Source: Octopus vulgaris (lineage: Eukaryota). Taken from it: DNA of 64,000 bases. The translations under genes and the position numbers were made by a program. Below the pieces are notes generated by a model. The model saw only the letters and a program-made list of their open reading frames with translations, had not been told where the DNA came from and made no database searches. Positions within the stretch are counted from its first letter, which is position 1. Every line of letters starts with the position of its first letter. This document shows, in pieces, positions 40,957-53,668 of the stretch. The stretch spans positions 170,066,001 through 170,130,000 of the forward strand of contig OX597815.1 of the NCBI GenBank assembly GCA_951406725.2, read 5' to 3'.

Positions 40957-42283
40957 AATTGCATATTTAGCAAGTAAGCAAGTGTTAATTTAGGGAGCAT
41001 GTATACGTGTGTTATATAAAGAATAATTCGTATAAAGAAAATGGGTTGAATGTTGAATGTGGCACTGAGGAAGGAGCAAGAACTCCTGAAAGATGCATCT
41101 ACACCCATTACTAATCTTTTCCATCTTCGATTGCATTGTTTACCTTAAACGTATTCAGATACGAAACGTCGTAAGAAGTCAGTGCTGGCCATAATTTCTA
41201 GAGAAAGTTGCAGAATTAACCTTATAAAACGATACAGAACTTTATCGTTTTAAATATAAGTAGTTTAAATTCAACAGAAATATGTATTATATATTTGCTC
41301 GTTTTTTTAAAAAAAAACTCCAGTAGCATCTCAGTAAATAGTTGTATCGCAGTAGTATATACTTTCTGAAAATCAAGTTAGATAGAACAAAACTGTGTGT
41401 TTCATGTCTAACTAGTATCCAGCGACTTATGCTTATCTCTGGGTTGTGTAATCAACTGTAAGAATACGACCATATAGTTAAGATGATCTTCTAAGCATCT
41501 GTTCATGCTGACATCACTGCGGTGCAATTAATATTGTTTCTAGACAAATATAAACATATGTACTTTATATATCCATGCAACACACACGCACATACACACA
41601 GACGCACACACACATGCGCACGCGCGCAAGCACGCACACGCACACACAAATACACAGACACATACTCACAGAGACACACATAAACGCAGAGACCATACAC
41701 ACGCAGATACACACACACACACACACACAAATACACACACATACAGACACTACATCAGCAACACTGAAATTTGCAAATACACCATCGAATATATATATTT
41801 TTGATCTATGACTTATGAAATGTATAGTGTCTTGTTAAGGAAAAAGCAAAAAAATGAGAAAAAGAAAACAAAAAGGTTTAGAAATTAGTTGCCAAAGAAG
41901 TATGACTGCCAACCTAGAAAAAGACGAAAAGACATCACATAATGACGTCATGTCATATGTAGTGAACCATATCTAATGGCGTTCCATTGCAGCTAACTCG
42001 CTTGTGAATTGCTTCTAATTAGCCGATGAAAGTAACAAGAAGTTCAATAAAATATTTACCTTAGAAGGTTAGTGAAACGCTCAAATTTCACATATGCAAA
42101 TATAGACACACACACACACTCTTATAGTTCTATCCACGTACATACAAGCATACATTTAATATATAAGAATATTCGAGAGAAAACAATGCTATATATGTAA
42201 GCATGGATGTACACATATATTCGTGTTTATAATTATATATATACGTATTCTAACATAGTATACTTACACACACACATAAATGC

Positions 42284-42336
<53 letters not shown>

Positions 42337-42756
42337 TATATATATATATATATGTATATAGATATATATGTATGTGCACATACATACACACATGTATGCA
42401 TACACATGTACAAAGTATATGTAACAAGGTAAAACTGTTCATGGTAGGAGCATACTTGCGCATGCGCGTCTGTATATGTGTGTGCGCGAGTGTGTGCGTG
42501 AGTCTATGTGCAGGCATTCATATATGCTTAAGTATGTCACGTTTACTCTGTGGGATATAAACAAAGCAGGAAACGAAAAGAAATACAAATTTTCTCCAAT
42601 TGCACATGGAACTCTGTCCAATTTGAAAAGTAAAAAAAAAGATATAGGAAAAGAAAATAGTTTTACTTTTTATAAACTTTATAAACTAAGCTTTAGGTAT
42701 TTTTTTTGTAAGAATGGTTGTTAGCCGTTTGATTTTTATACATTGCTAGTTAAGTC

Positions 42757-42955
42757 TGCCATTAATCCAGACATTTTTTTCCTCTCCGTTTCTTTTTCTT
42801 CTCCCCATTTCTTGTCTTTCTTTATTTCTTTCTGTAGAAGAGCGTAGGCTTGAAACGTGAAAGACTTCTCCCATTTTTCCTGTGCGTCAAACTAATACAC
42901 CTTGTCAGTTGTCCCCTCACCTGTCTCTGTCTTTAGTTTTTATACAACTTTGAAC
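42757..42955 (+). mobile_element. Family D hammerhead-like element, copy 3
   Basis: TCTTT-CTGTAGA-AGAGCGTAGGCTT-GAAA-CG-TG-AAAGA at 42827-42864. Confidence 0.7.
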
Positions 42956-43593
42956 CGCACACACACAGACACACACATATGCATACATATACATATATAA
43001 ATACATACGAAAACACACACATATACACATACATATATACATAGAGAACAAGACAGAAGGCAAGAGAAAGAAGATCGATATAACAGTCTAAAACAAAATG
43101 TTTACTAAAGAACCTCCATTGTCCTCCTGACACATTTAAATACTCCGTAAATCACTCTTTCTCGTATCCGGCATCATCCATACTAATATATATATATTTC
43201 AAAATAAACATATTTCTACCATCACTAGCATCACAACCGCGACCACCGCTACCTCCACACTTCCAGCCAGCAGCGACGACGACAAGAACACCAATTTAAC
43301 ACAGATTAGTTCCAGGAAATATCTGGGACAGCACAAAATAAATAGACACTTAATTCTTGAAGTTGCGCCTCAGTATGGTCAAAACACCGATGTTTATAAA
43401 AGAAATGTCACTATGCAGAGTTAGAACAAAATAATGAAAACCACTAGCCATTTTCATTTTTTTTTCGTGTTTTTTTTCGTATAGCTTGATTAATCGAAAA
43501 TGGATATCCAATAATTAATAAAACGGAATTATTTGTTTATGATACAATATATTAAACAAGATTAATCATTTGTAACACACTTTTCAGATAAAA

Positions 43594-43980
43594 TGGCTGT
43601 GTGGTCAATAGCTTGCTTACGAACCACATGGTTCCGGGTTCAGTCCCATTGCGTGGCACTTTGGGCACGTGTCTTCTACTATAGCCTAGGGCCGACCAAA
43701 TCCTTGTGAGTGGATTTGGCAGACGGAAACTGAAAGAAGCCCGTCGTCTATATGTATATATATATGTGTATGTGTGTTTATATGTTTGTGTGTCTATGTT
43801 TGTCCCCCCAACATCGCTTGACAACCGATGTTGGCGTGTTTACGTCCTCGTAACTTTGCGTTTCGGCAAAAGAGACCAATAAGTACCATGCTTACAAAGA
43901 ATAAATCTTGGGGTCGATTTGCTCCAGCATGGCCACACTCAACTGACTGAAACAAGTAAAAGAATAAAAGAGTAAAGAGT
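43594..43980 (+). mobile_element. SINE family B, well preserved
   Basis: TGGCTGTGTGGTCAATAGCTTGC...CCGGGTTCAGTCCC...GGATTTGGCAGACGGAAACTGAAAGAAGCCCGTCG...GACTGAAACAAGTAAAAGAATAAAAGAG. Confidence 0.9.
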
Positions 43981-45012
43981 ATAAGTACGAAGGAGCAATC
44001 AAATTTGCGGAGATTTCAGATTAAACAAGTATGATTTATTTTCTGTGAGGAAAGAATTATTTCCGCTTTCGCTGCTGAATCATCTGGATTTGATTATTTC
44101 ACCCGAACGTTAAAGAGAATACACATACTATTTTATGAATAGTCCAGTTCTATACATAAGACACGCTCTAATAAATTGTTTACACAATTAATCTTATATA
44201 CGTAGTGTATCTGTTTGAATAATCGGTACAATTATATTTACACCCATATGTAAATAAGTTGAGCTTGACGCAAACCCGCTGAGGTTATTCGATCCTTGAC
44301 CAAGGAAAACCGAAAATAATTGGTCAATCGAATCGAGCTTTCTTCCATTTCTGTTGAGAACCATCAGTTTTGACTACAGGCAATATTTTTACCGTTTACA
44401 TAGTATATCTAGAACAGAATTTGAAGGAACTCTACCCCCTCAAAACAGAAAGTTTAAAATCGTTATATATTAATAAAATTACTTTTAGAACTATGAGCAC
44501 TTAGGGAGAAACATATAGACAAACAACATTTACTCAAATACTTTTTTGAACATCAAATCACAAGAGAGAAAACTGTCTATACTAACAGAGCCATGACATA
44601 TCTGACTAATAAACACAAAATTACAAATGAAAACATAAAAATGACCAGCCTAAACTTATGACCTACCAACATTCTTTGGTGAAATAAAGTTGATACACCT
44701 AATTACTAAGGGTTTAAATACTGGACTTTGTAACTTTGACCATTATATTGTCAAAGTAAAAGGATTAAATCCAATGATACTAAAAGCAACAAAATTACTG
44801 TCAGACCTTGTGCATACATAGCAAAAGAGAACATTTTCATGTTTGTTTACACAGTTCTATATGCATGAGTAAATTCTAGACAATAACAACCCTAAATTTA
44901 ATCAATAAAAAATTTCGAAAACACCTTTCCATAACAACTCACTAGCAAAAACCTAATCATCTTTCCACTCAAAGCCATACATCTAAAGATGAGTTTAACG
45001 CAACAGAGTGTA

Positions 45013-45408
45013 CATTATGTACATTATTTACATTTGGCGGATATTTGTTCTCATCTTGTTTGTTGTTAACACAACGTTTCGGCTGATATACCCTCCAGCC
45101 TTCATGAGGTGCCTTGGGGAAATTTCGAACCTGGGTTCTCATTCCTAAGGTATTTTTCGTTGTTGTTGTTGTTGTTATTATTATTATAATTATTCACGTC
45201 ACTTATAATAACACCAAGAACAACATCGAAAAATACCATACGAATGAGAAACCGGGTCGAAATTTCCCCAAGGCACCTGATAAAGCCTGGAGTGTATATA
45301 AGCTGAAACGTTGTGTTAACAACAAACTAGATAAGGACAAATATCCGCCAAATGTAAATAATGTAAATAACGTACATTACTCCTCATCCCTTAAATATAG
45401 AACTGTGT
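45013..45408. mobile_element. Inverted pair of Penelope-like pLTR ends (same family as 28482-29385), 12-bp TSD
   Basis: CAACAGAGTGTA at 45001-45012 and 45409-45420; the arms are reverse complements, with HHR motifs at 45068-45113 (-) and 45272-45317 (+). Confidence 0.88.
45068..45113 (-). ncRNA. Minimal hammerhead motif with core mutation (CTCATGA)
   Basis: Reverse complement: GGCAC-CTCATGA-AGGCTG-GAGGGTATAT-CAGCC-GAAA-CG-TT-GTGTT. The mirror copy at 45272-45317 has CTGATAA; the two-copy consensus is the canonical CTGATGA. Confidence 0.7.
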
Positions 45409-45535
45409 CAACAGAGTGTATATAAAGGCAAGACTAACTCTTATGCACTGCAGGCGGACTATGGCTTACCTGGCCGAAACTTCGAAGTCATCGTCATCGA
45501 CATTCATGTATAAAAATTACTATCTGTCTGTCTTC

Positions 45536-45615
<80 letters not shown>

Positions 45616-46014
45616 AAGCATATATATATATATATGTATATATGCCTGTATGCTTGCCTGTGCCTTTATGAGCAGATGTACTGATGTATGTATCTACGTA
45701 GGATTTTCCTCATGTCTGTAATTAAACGGTAAATCATCATTACCTGTCGTGGAAAAATATATGGTCGAAGTAATATATTGAAGCAAATCGAACATACATA
45801 TTATTAGTATTTATCTTATCGATTTCAGAGAGATGAGTAATAAATTTAACCGCCGTACGGTTAGTATATTTAATGTCATAAGCAATAAAAATCTATGTAG
45901 TGCGCATTAAAGAGTGCATAAAATGCTATGTTTGTGGTGAGCATTAAAAAGGGTATAGGACTACTATATACGACGCGGAAAAGAAAGCATGTTACTCAAT
46001 GTCTAATACTGATT

Positions 46015-46588
46015 TAAAATTTTGGTTTAAAAGTTAGCAAGTTTCATGGAGTGGGCAAGACGATTACATCGACTGCAATGCTAAACTGGTAATTATCGAT
46101 CCCAAAATGATGAAAGGTAAAGTCGACCTCGGCAGAATTTAAATTCAGAACGCATGGACAGATAAAATACCTTTTTTTTTTTGCTACCCACAAGGGGCTA
46201 AACATAGAGTGGACAAACAAGGACAGATAAACGGATTAAGTCGATTACATCGACTGCAATGCGTAACTGGTACTTATTTTATCGACCCCGAAAGGATGAA
46301 AGGCGAAGTCGACCTCGACGGAATTTGAACTCAGAACGAAGCGGCAGACGAAATACCTATTTCTTTACTACCCACAGGGGGCTAAACACAGAGTGGACAA
46401 ACAAGGACAGATAAACGGATTAAGTCGATTACATCGACTGCAATACGTAACTGGTACTTATTTTATCGACCCCGAAAGGATGAAAGGCAAAGTCGACCTC
46501 GACGGAATTTGAACTCAGAACGAAGCGGCAGACGAAATACCGCTTAGTATTTCGCCCGGCGTGCTAACGATTCTGCCAGCTCGTCGCC
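46015..46588 (-). mobile_element. Trimeric SINE family A
   Basis: Head at 46588 (reverse complement GGCGACGAGCTGGCAGAATCG); bodies repeat about every 184 bp. Confidence 0.88.
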
Positions 46589-46868
46589 TTTAGGAGACCT
46601 TATACTGATTAGTGTTGTTGACATTGTAATAACTTAGGTGTTAATCCATGATTTATTATACATATAGAAAGGGCATGAGGATACAGAAAAAATATCGATA
46701 TAAGAACCTCAAAATAAATATAAGAGAGTGGTCACTATATTGATCACTCTAGCACCAGTTAATCCAAAAGGTTTCAACCACGAAAAATACATGTTTCCCA
46801 TGAAAGCCAGTACGACTGTTAGCTCACACGGACAGGGCAAATAAAAAATAACAAAAATACAGATTATT

Positions 46869-46944
46869 TTGGGACAATTGTTTCGCTATTAATGAATTAA
46901 ATGTAATATTACTTACAATAATCCATTTGTAGCTCTTCAGCCAA
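46869..46944 (-). ncRNA. Type I hammerhead ribozyme (534-nt unit, inverted copy)
   Basis: Exact reverse complement of 47401-47476. Confidence 0.85.
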
Positions 46945-47400
46945 GACTATCTGGATGAAATCCACTCAATCACACGCCAGATTTTACCATAACGATAAAT
47001 ACGCGTGCGGTTCAATTGATTACATCGGACGTTATAATTCAAATGCCCCAACCAACAGCGCGCCAAACTCTCACGGAAAACAAATACAGCATTTAGAAAT
47101 AAATGCAGCATAATTATAATTAATTAATAAGGGTGAGAGAATTAGATACTAATTTAATAGTATATTTATTCCACACCAAGTGGCCTAGTGCTACGAGAAA
47201 CCTGGATTATTATAATATTTTATAACATATTATAATATTTTCACAAAATAAATATAAGAGAGTGGTCACTATATTGATCAGGCGCGCTGTTGGTTGGGGC
47301 ATTTGAATTATAACGTCCGATGTAATCAATTGAACCGCACGCGTATTTATCGTTATGGTAAAATCTGGCGTGTGATTGAGTGGATTTCATCCAGATAGTC

Positions 47401-47476
47401 TTGGCTGAAGAGCTACAAATGGATTATTGTAAGTAATATTACATTTAATTCATTAATAGCGAAACAATTGTCCCAA
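47401..47476 (+). ncRNA. Type I hammerhead ribozyme, intact core
   Basis: TTGG-CTGAAGA-GCTA[extended hairpin]TAGC-GAAA-CAATTG-TC-CCAA. Predicted cleavage after C47472; palindromic stem III. Confidence 0.88.
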
Positions 47477-47934
47477 AATAATCTGTATTTTTGTTATTTT
47501 TTATTTGCCCTGTCCGTGTGAGCTAACAGTCGTACTGGCTTTCATGGGAAACATGTATTTTTCGTGGTTGAAACCTTTTGGATTAACTGGTGCTAGAGTG
47601 ATCAATATAGTGACCACTCTCTTATATTTATTTTGTGAAAATATTATAATATGTTATAAAATATTATAATAATCCAGGTTTCTCGTAGCACTAGGCCACT
47701 TGGTGTGGAATAAATATACTATTAAATTAGTATCTAATTCTCTCACCCTTATTAATTAATTATAATTATGCTGCATTTATTTCTAAATGCTGTATTTGTT
47801 TTCCGTGAGAGTTTGGCGCGCTGTTGGTTGGGGCATTTGAATTATAACGTCCGATGTAATCAATTGAACCGCACGCGTATTTATCGTTATGGTAAAATCT
47901 GGCGTGTGATTGAGTGGATTTCATCCAGATAGTC

Positions 47935-48010
47935 TTGGCTGAAGAGCTACAAATGGATTATTGTAAGTAATATTACATTTAATTCATTAATAGCGAAACA
48001 ATTGTCCCAA
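47935..48010 (+). ncRNA. Type I hammerhead ribozyme, intact core (tandem copy)
   Basis: Identical to 47401-47476, 534 nt downstream; predicted cleavage after C48006. Confidence 0.88.
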
Positions 48011-48796
48011 AATAATCTGTATTTTTGTTATTTTTTATTTGCCCTGTCCGTGTGAGCTAACAGTCGTACTGGCTTTCATGGGAAACATGTATTTTTCGTG
48101 GTTGAAACCTTTTGGATTAACTGGTGCTAGAGTGATCAATATAGTGACCACTCTCTTATATTTATTTTGTGAAAATATTATAATATGTTATAAAATATTA
48201 TAATAATCCAGGTTTCTCGTAGCACTAGGCCACTTGGTGTGGAATAAATATACTATTAAATTAGTATCTAATTCTCTCACCCTTATTAATTAATTAGATA
48301 TAAGAACCTCCATATTTGTGAGTGGAAAAATAATCTCTGTCCTACAATTTGAAGAATTAACCAAAATTAAATTAAAGTTAGGATGATTATTTTCGAATTT
48401 ACTTACAGTTCAACTTTTTAATCGTTTCTAAAAGCTTCTTCTTGTAATTTAACTTGCAAAAGTAATTTTAAAATTTATAGAAGAATTATACAACATACAT
48501 ATATACAGGTATATGTGTGTGTGAGATTTTGTGTCTAAGGGTGTATGTGTGAGTGTCTGTGTATGTGTTTGTATGTGCTTATTATGTATGTGTTTGATTA
48601 TGATTGTCTGTAAAAGTTTATACGCATGTATTTTCGCGCGTGCCAGTATGCATATATACACAGTCTCATGCGTACTCGCACATATATGCATGCATACATG
48701 TAAACATAGACACACATATATATACATGCGTATATATGCACATATTTGCATTTATATATGAACATATATTTGAATATATATTTGAATATATATATG

Positions 48797-48859
<63 letters not shown>

Positions 48860-49198
48860 GGGTATATATATTATCATGTATTTGCATATATGTACATATA
48901 TATAGACATACAAACAATATATACACACACATACAAATACACATATCAATGTATATACATATATTCACACACACACATGCGCACTTGTATGTGCAAACAT
49001 AGATAGCAGACATCCACACTGAACAGCCAAACATATTTTTATAATTTCGTTAAAAGCATTTTGGAAAGAATTTTAAGCAAATGAAATAACAGTGACAATT
49101 CATAAAATAACGGAACCTGTTCTGTAACACAATTGGAAAAATGCAAGTCATGTTTTTATATAAAATCAGTATTAAAAACACCGTCACTACAGTGCCAA

Positions 49199-49250
<52 letters not shown>

Positions 49251-49279
49251 GTTGTTGTTGTTGCTCTTCTTCTTCTTAC

Positions 49280-49342
<63 letters not shown>

Positions 49343-49390
49343 TATTATTATTATTATTGTTATTATCATTATTATTATTACTATTATATA
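49199..49390. repeat. Compound trinucleotide microsatellite (ACT)n(TTG)n(CTT)n(AAT)n(ATT)n
   Basis: Directly visible. Confidence 0.95.
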
Positions 49391-49499
49391 AAGTATCAGC
49401 AGTTAATGTAATTTTGATTGCACTGACATTAAAAATTTTTCAGTGCCAAGCAGAGCGATAACAACAAATGACTTAAGCAATGCTGCTAAGGCGGTTACG

Positions 49500-49560
<61 letters not shown>

Positions 49561-49563
<3 letters not shown>

Positions 49564-49976
49564 CAATTTGATTTGTTTACATATTTCTCGATAAATTTTG
49601 TGCGTTAGACAATATACCAGAAATCCCTAGTTTTGTCGGGACGTTCTGAGTCTGCGCAGTGATCTGATTAGTTAGAGAGAGCAAATCATTAGAAGCACAT
49701 GCTTCTAGTGAATTAGGATCTCAGAACAACAGGGCTCTTACCGATGAATTCTCCCTGAGCAAATAAATTATCTTTATTGCTGAAAAGAACGAAACTGCAG
49801 TCTAAGAGGAACCGAGTTAGTAAATGTTTTTATCTTCATTTCACTAAATTTATCTAGCTTCTGTGTTTCTAGCACATATTTCGCCTTAATGTACTGATAT
49901 ATGAAAAATATATGGCTTGTGCTAGAAATACCAGCGATAATAATTAATGTTATTTTATCGCAATTTGACTTGTTTA
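49561..49976 (+). mobile_element. Retrozyme-like 397-bp unit (1.05 copies) inside (TA)n
   Basis: TCGCAATTTGA at 49561 and 49958; homologous to 60175-60705; HHR at 49735-49808. Confidence 0.85.
49735..49808 (+). ncRNA. Type I hammerhead motif (core CCGATGA, one substitution)
   Basis: CTCTTA-CCGATGA-ATTCT[hairpin]AGAAC-GAAA-CTGCAG-TC-TAAGAG. Confidence 0.75.
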
Positions 49977-50076
<100 letters not shown>

Positions 50077-50252
50077 ATATATATATATGTATGTATATAT
50101 ATATATAGAAAATAGTAAAAAGTGAAAAACTACAGAAGGCTTGTTTTAAAAGGTTAAAAAATATATATTTGAGTCATTATGTCAGAAGAATGTTTCACTT
50201 TTTACTATTTTCTATATATTCAACCACGTGCTTTCACACATCAACTTTCTCA

Positions 50253-50348
<96 letters not shown>

Positions 50349-50768
50349 AGAGCTTAATTTATTTTGTCCTTAGTCGAAAGACACCTGTTGTTTGCATTTG
50401 TATTTGTGTACCATTGCTCCGTATTTTTTTCCTCGTCCTTGTTTTCGTATACATTCGCAGCTTTCTTCCAAGGAATGTAGTGCTCTTAGGTTAGATGTTT
50501 CTTGGGACTGGCCAGATTGGAGCAGTCTCGCGTATAACCAGCTGAAACTGCTGAGAAAACCTGGACCTCGACATAAGATAGAAAACTCCGAATGACACGT
50601 CCTTTTTTTTTCTTATCCGTTTTGTATCGTCTTACTGTCTGGATGTTTTGTTGTCGCCTGTTGTGTCATTATTCCATTTCTTGTATTCTTATATATATAT
50701 ATAATCTCTCTCTATATATATAATCTATATATATGTATATATATATATATATATATAATCTATCTATC

Positions 50769-50819
<51 letters not shown>

Positions 50820-50938
50820 GAATTCACTCGTCTATATAAATGTGGATATGCTGATTAGCTTTTATATGTTCTGATGACGCTAGGTCAGAAATATAAGGGA
50901 TAAGTTTTCCTAGCATCTTCAGGTTTATTTATCGAAAT

Positions 50939-50995
50939 ATTACGTTGATAACGGAAATGAATCTTATGATTCTAATCCAGAAACGCGTCCATAAT
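50939..50995 (+). ncRNA. Decayed hammerhead motif
   Basis: ATTACG-TTGATAA-CGGA[GAATC-TTAT-GATTC]TCCA-GAAA-CGCG-TC-CATAAT. Palindromic stem III and stem I are retained; the core is mutated. Confidence 0.5.
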
Positions 50996-51149
50996 TAATC
51001 GAAGACTGTCTGGTTTCATTATTTTTATTCTTTTTTTGCCATGTGTGAGTTACAAATATTGTTGTCTGTGTAGAAAAAGGAAATAGTAGTCTTTTGGCTG
51101 CTATTTCTAAAAATTTCGGTACGTGGTCAAGCAACTTGTCACTAAACCC

Positions 51150-51224
<75 letters not shown>

Positions 51225-51945
51225 ATTGACGTATAGTTTAAATTACTGTCGGTTTACGACTAAAGGGAAAAAAACATGAACAAGAAAAAAATTTCAGAGA
51301 ATTACAGTTCTGGATATGAAGGATTGAAGAAATTATTCACTGCTGAGATTTAAGGCTTTACCTATATAAAAAAAGAAAACATTGTTTTCGCCAACGTTCT
51401 TAAGAATGAGAGACCACTGGGATTTGACTTAAAAGATTAAGGCTGTAGTAGATCTAACTCGATAGAAATCTTATTGCTGGTCACTAAGATTACCTTTCAC
51501 CTAAAGTTGAATTAGGAAATGTTGGTGGGTAAGGCTTCATGAATGCTATTAGTATATCTTGAGAATAAATCTTGCTCACAACTCACTCATAACAAAAAGA
51601 ATTCTCACACAAGATATATTACAGAAATGTAAGGGAAACACTTTTAGTTAAAAGCAATGCTATTGATGTCGATCACATAGAAGCCTTTAAGTTGAAGACT
51701 CAGCGACTCGTATTTCACAGCAGACAATTAATCTAGTTTGTTACATATACTTAAACTTTCAATGGTTCAATGAACCTCAGTGTATATTTGTTAATGATTT
51801 AAGAAACATAGTTAATGTTTATGCGTAATATATAAGTGTTTTATTTGAGTTCTGCGTTGAACTCAAATTTGTCATTGGTTCGCAAGATGTTAAAAGGAAG
51901 CCTGTCTAGCCTATATTTTTTGATTATTCAATATGTAAATCATAA

Positions 51946-52104
51946 GCGCAGTTGTGGCTGTGTGGTAAGTTTACTTCTCAACCACAAAGTTTAGGGTTCT
52001 GTCCTACTGTCTGCCATCTTGGGCAAATGTCTTCTGCTATAACCCCGAGCTGACCAAAGTTTTGTGAGTGGATTTGATAGACGGAAACTGAAAAAATCGC
52101 GTTG

Positions 52105-52167
<63 letters not shown>

Positions 52168-52395
52168 GTACACACACATATTATATATGTATGTATGTAT
52201 ATGTGTGTATATGTGTTTCTGATGTCCACCAACACCGCTTCACAAACGGTGTTGGTGAGTTTACGTCCCCGTAACCGACAAAATAAACATTAGGTTTTAA
52301 ATTATAGGTAATAAGGTCGATTAATTCGACTAAAACTTCTTTAAGGCGGTGCCCCAGCAAGACTACAGGAAAAGTAAAACAAGGAAAAGATACAA
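51946..52395 (+). mobile_element. SINE family B
   Basis: GCGCAGTTGTGGCTGTGTGGTAAG...GTGAGTGGATTTGATAGACGGAAACTG, internal (CA)n, 3' part TTAAGGCGGTGCCCCAGCA. Confidence 0.85.
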
Positions 52396-53668
52396 GATAA
52401 TAGATATATTCCATACCTTTCCCCTAAATGATAGAAATAGGTTATGGAACATTATAGTACTATCCTATCCCGCTGTCTCTGTTGCGAGCTGGCCTTGATG
52501 TTATAGTATAGCCAAATACAATGTTGAAAATGAAACACCAGTTGTATTCCTTTGAATATAATATATAACAGTATACTAAACTAAAACTAATTAAATTGAC
52601 TGCCAAGATTAGACAAGCATAATTCAAATAAAATTTTACTTTACTCCTACTCTCCAACCTTAATAATGTAAGAGATAAGGTCAAGGTGAGCTGACTCTCC
52701 AACATGATTTCGATTCTTAGCTGAAGTAATTGCTCTAAAACAGAGAGTTCCTACTTCAAATGACTGTGATTGTGTGAACAATGCTTTCAAAGTAAAAAGG
52801 TTTTGTTCATGAATCATTTAGTAGTGGCTCTTATTGAAATAATTTCTCCAGAATTATCGAAAATTATTTTTTTATAACTGTAATAAACATTGTTTTTTTT
52901 ATACACCAGTTCTAAGATTAAAATTACGGCTGCATATAATACATTTGTATTATTACAGTCATATATAAAGGCTGCGAGCTGGCAGAATCGCTACCGCGCC
53001 GGGCAAAATACTTAGCGGTATAAAACAAAAATATTGTGTTATATAAGTTTTTCTGCCCGTGTAAATTTTGAAGTCATGCTGGGCGCGAATGGAGATCCAT
53101 TTTATTCATGGTGACTTATTGTACATGAATATGTAGAGTATTCTGATTGCTAATCCAGCTACGAACAACTTCGTGGTCTATCCCCCAGATGCAATTAATG
53201 GAAGTAATTAATATATGCTGCATTACACATAATGGGTTATATACGTCTAACAGCTAGGATACTTTATTTGGAAAATAATTTATTACTTATACAAATATGT
53301 TGGCAATATGGTGCAACAAGAATTTCTTAAGGAGATGCAACTTTTATTACAACACATTCTACTATTAATGGCGTAATGAACATAATAACTTTTCATTAAC
53401 GAAATAATTGGCAGTGAATTTAACACTGAACAATGTACTATTGAAGCTATTAAAGCGACTGTAAATGGAACAAACAATTGTACGATGAACTGGAAAGTAT
53501 GACATTCCGTGTTTCTCGAATAATATCTACGATGGGGTATTGAAAACATACTGGCTTTAGGAGTGTCGTGAAAGGTTTGGTTGGAAGCCCAATTTTCCGA
53601 GTTCTTTTACAGGTGTTAGAAAACATGAACGACCGTTGCAATAAGTGTGTGAATTTGAGATGGGAATA

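Larger units (their letters stand above)
46711..48296 (+). mobile_element. Retrozyme-like insertion: about 3 copies of a 534-bp HHR-containing unit with an inverted 5' segment, 14-bp TSD
   Basis: GATATAAGAACCTC at 46697-46710 and 48297-48310. 46711-47280 is 1.07 units on the minus strand; 47281-48296 is 1.9 units on plus. Period 534 (47281/47815; 46711/47245). No ORF. Confidence 0.9.

Noticed and set aside
46711-48296. CRISPR array, satellite DNA or mitochondrial control-region insertion
   Set aside because: There is no repeat-spacer structure and the context is eukaryotic. The TSD, internal inversion and intact hammerheads favour retroposition. A BLASTN against the mitogenome would formally exclude a NUMT.
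53060-53668. Possible Tc1/mariner C-terminal relic (MNDRCNKCVNLRWEY)
   Set aside because: Too degenerate to support without alignment; no TIR found.
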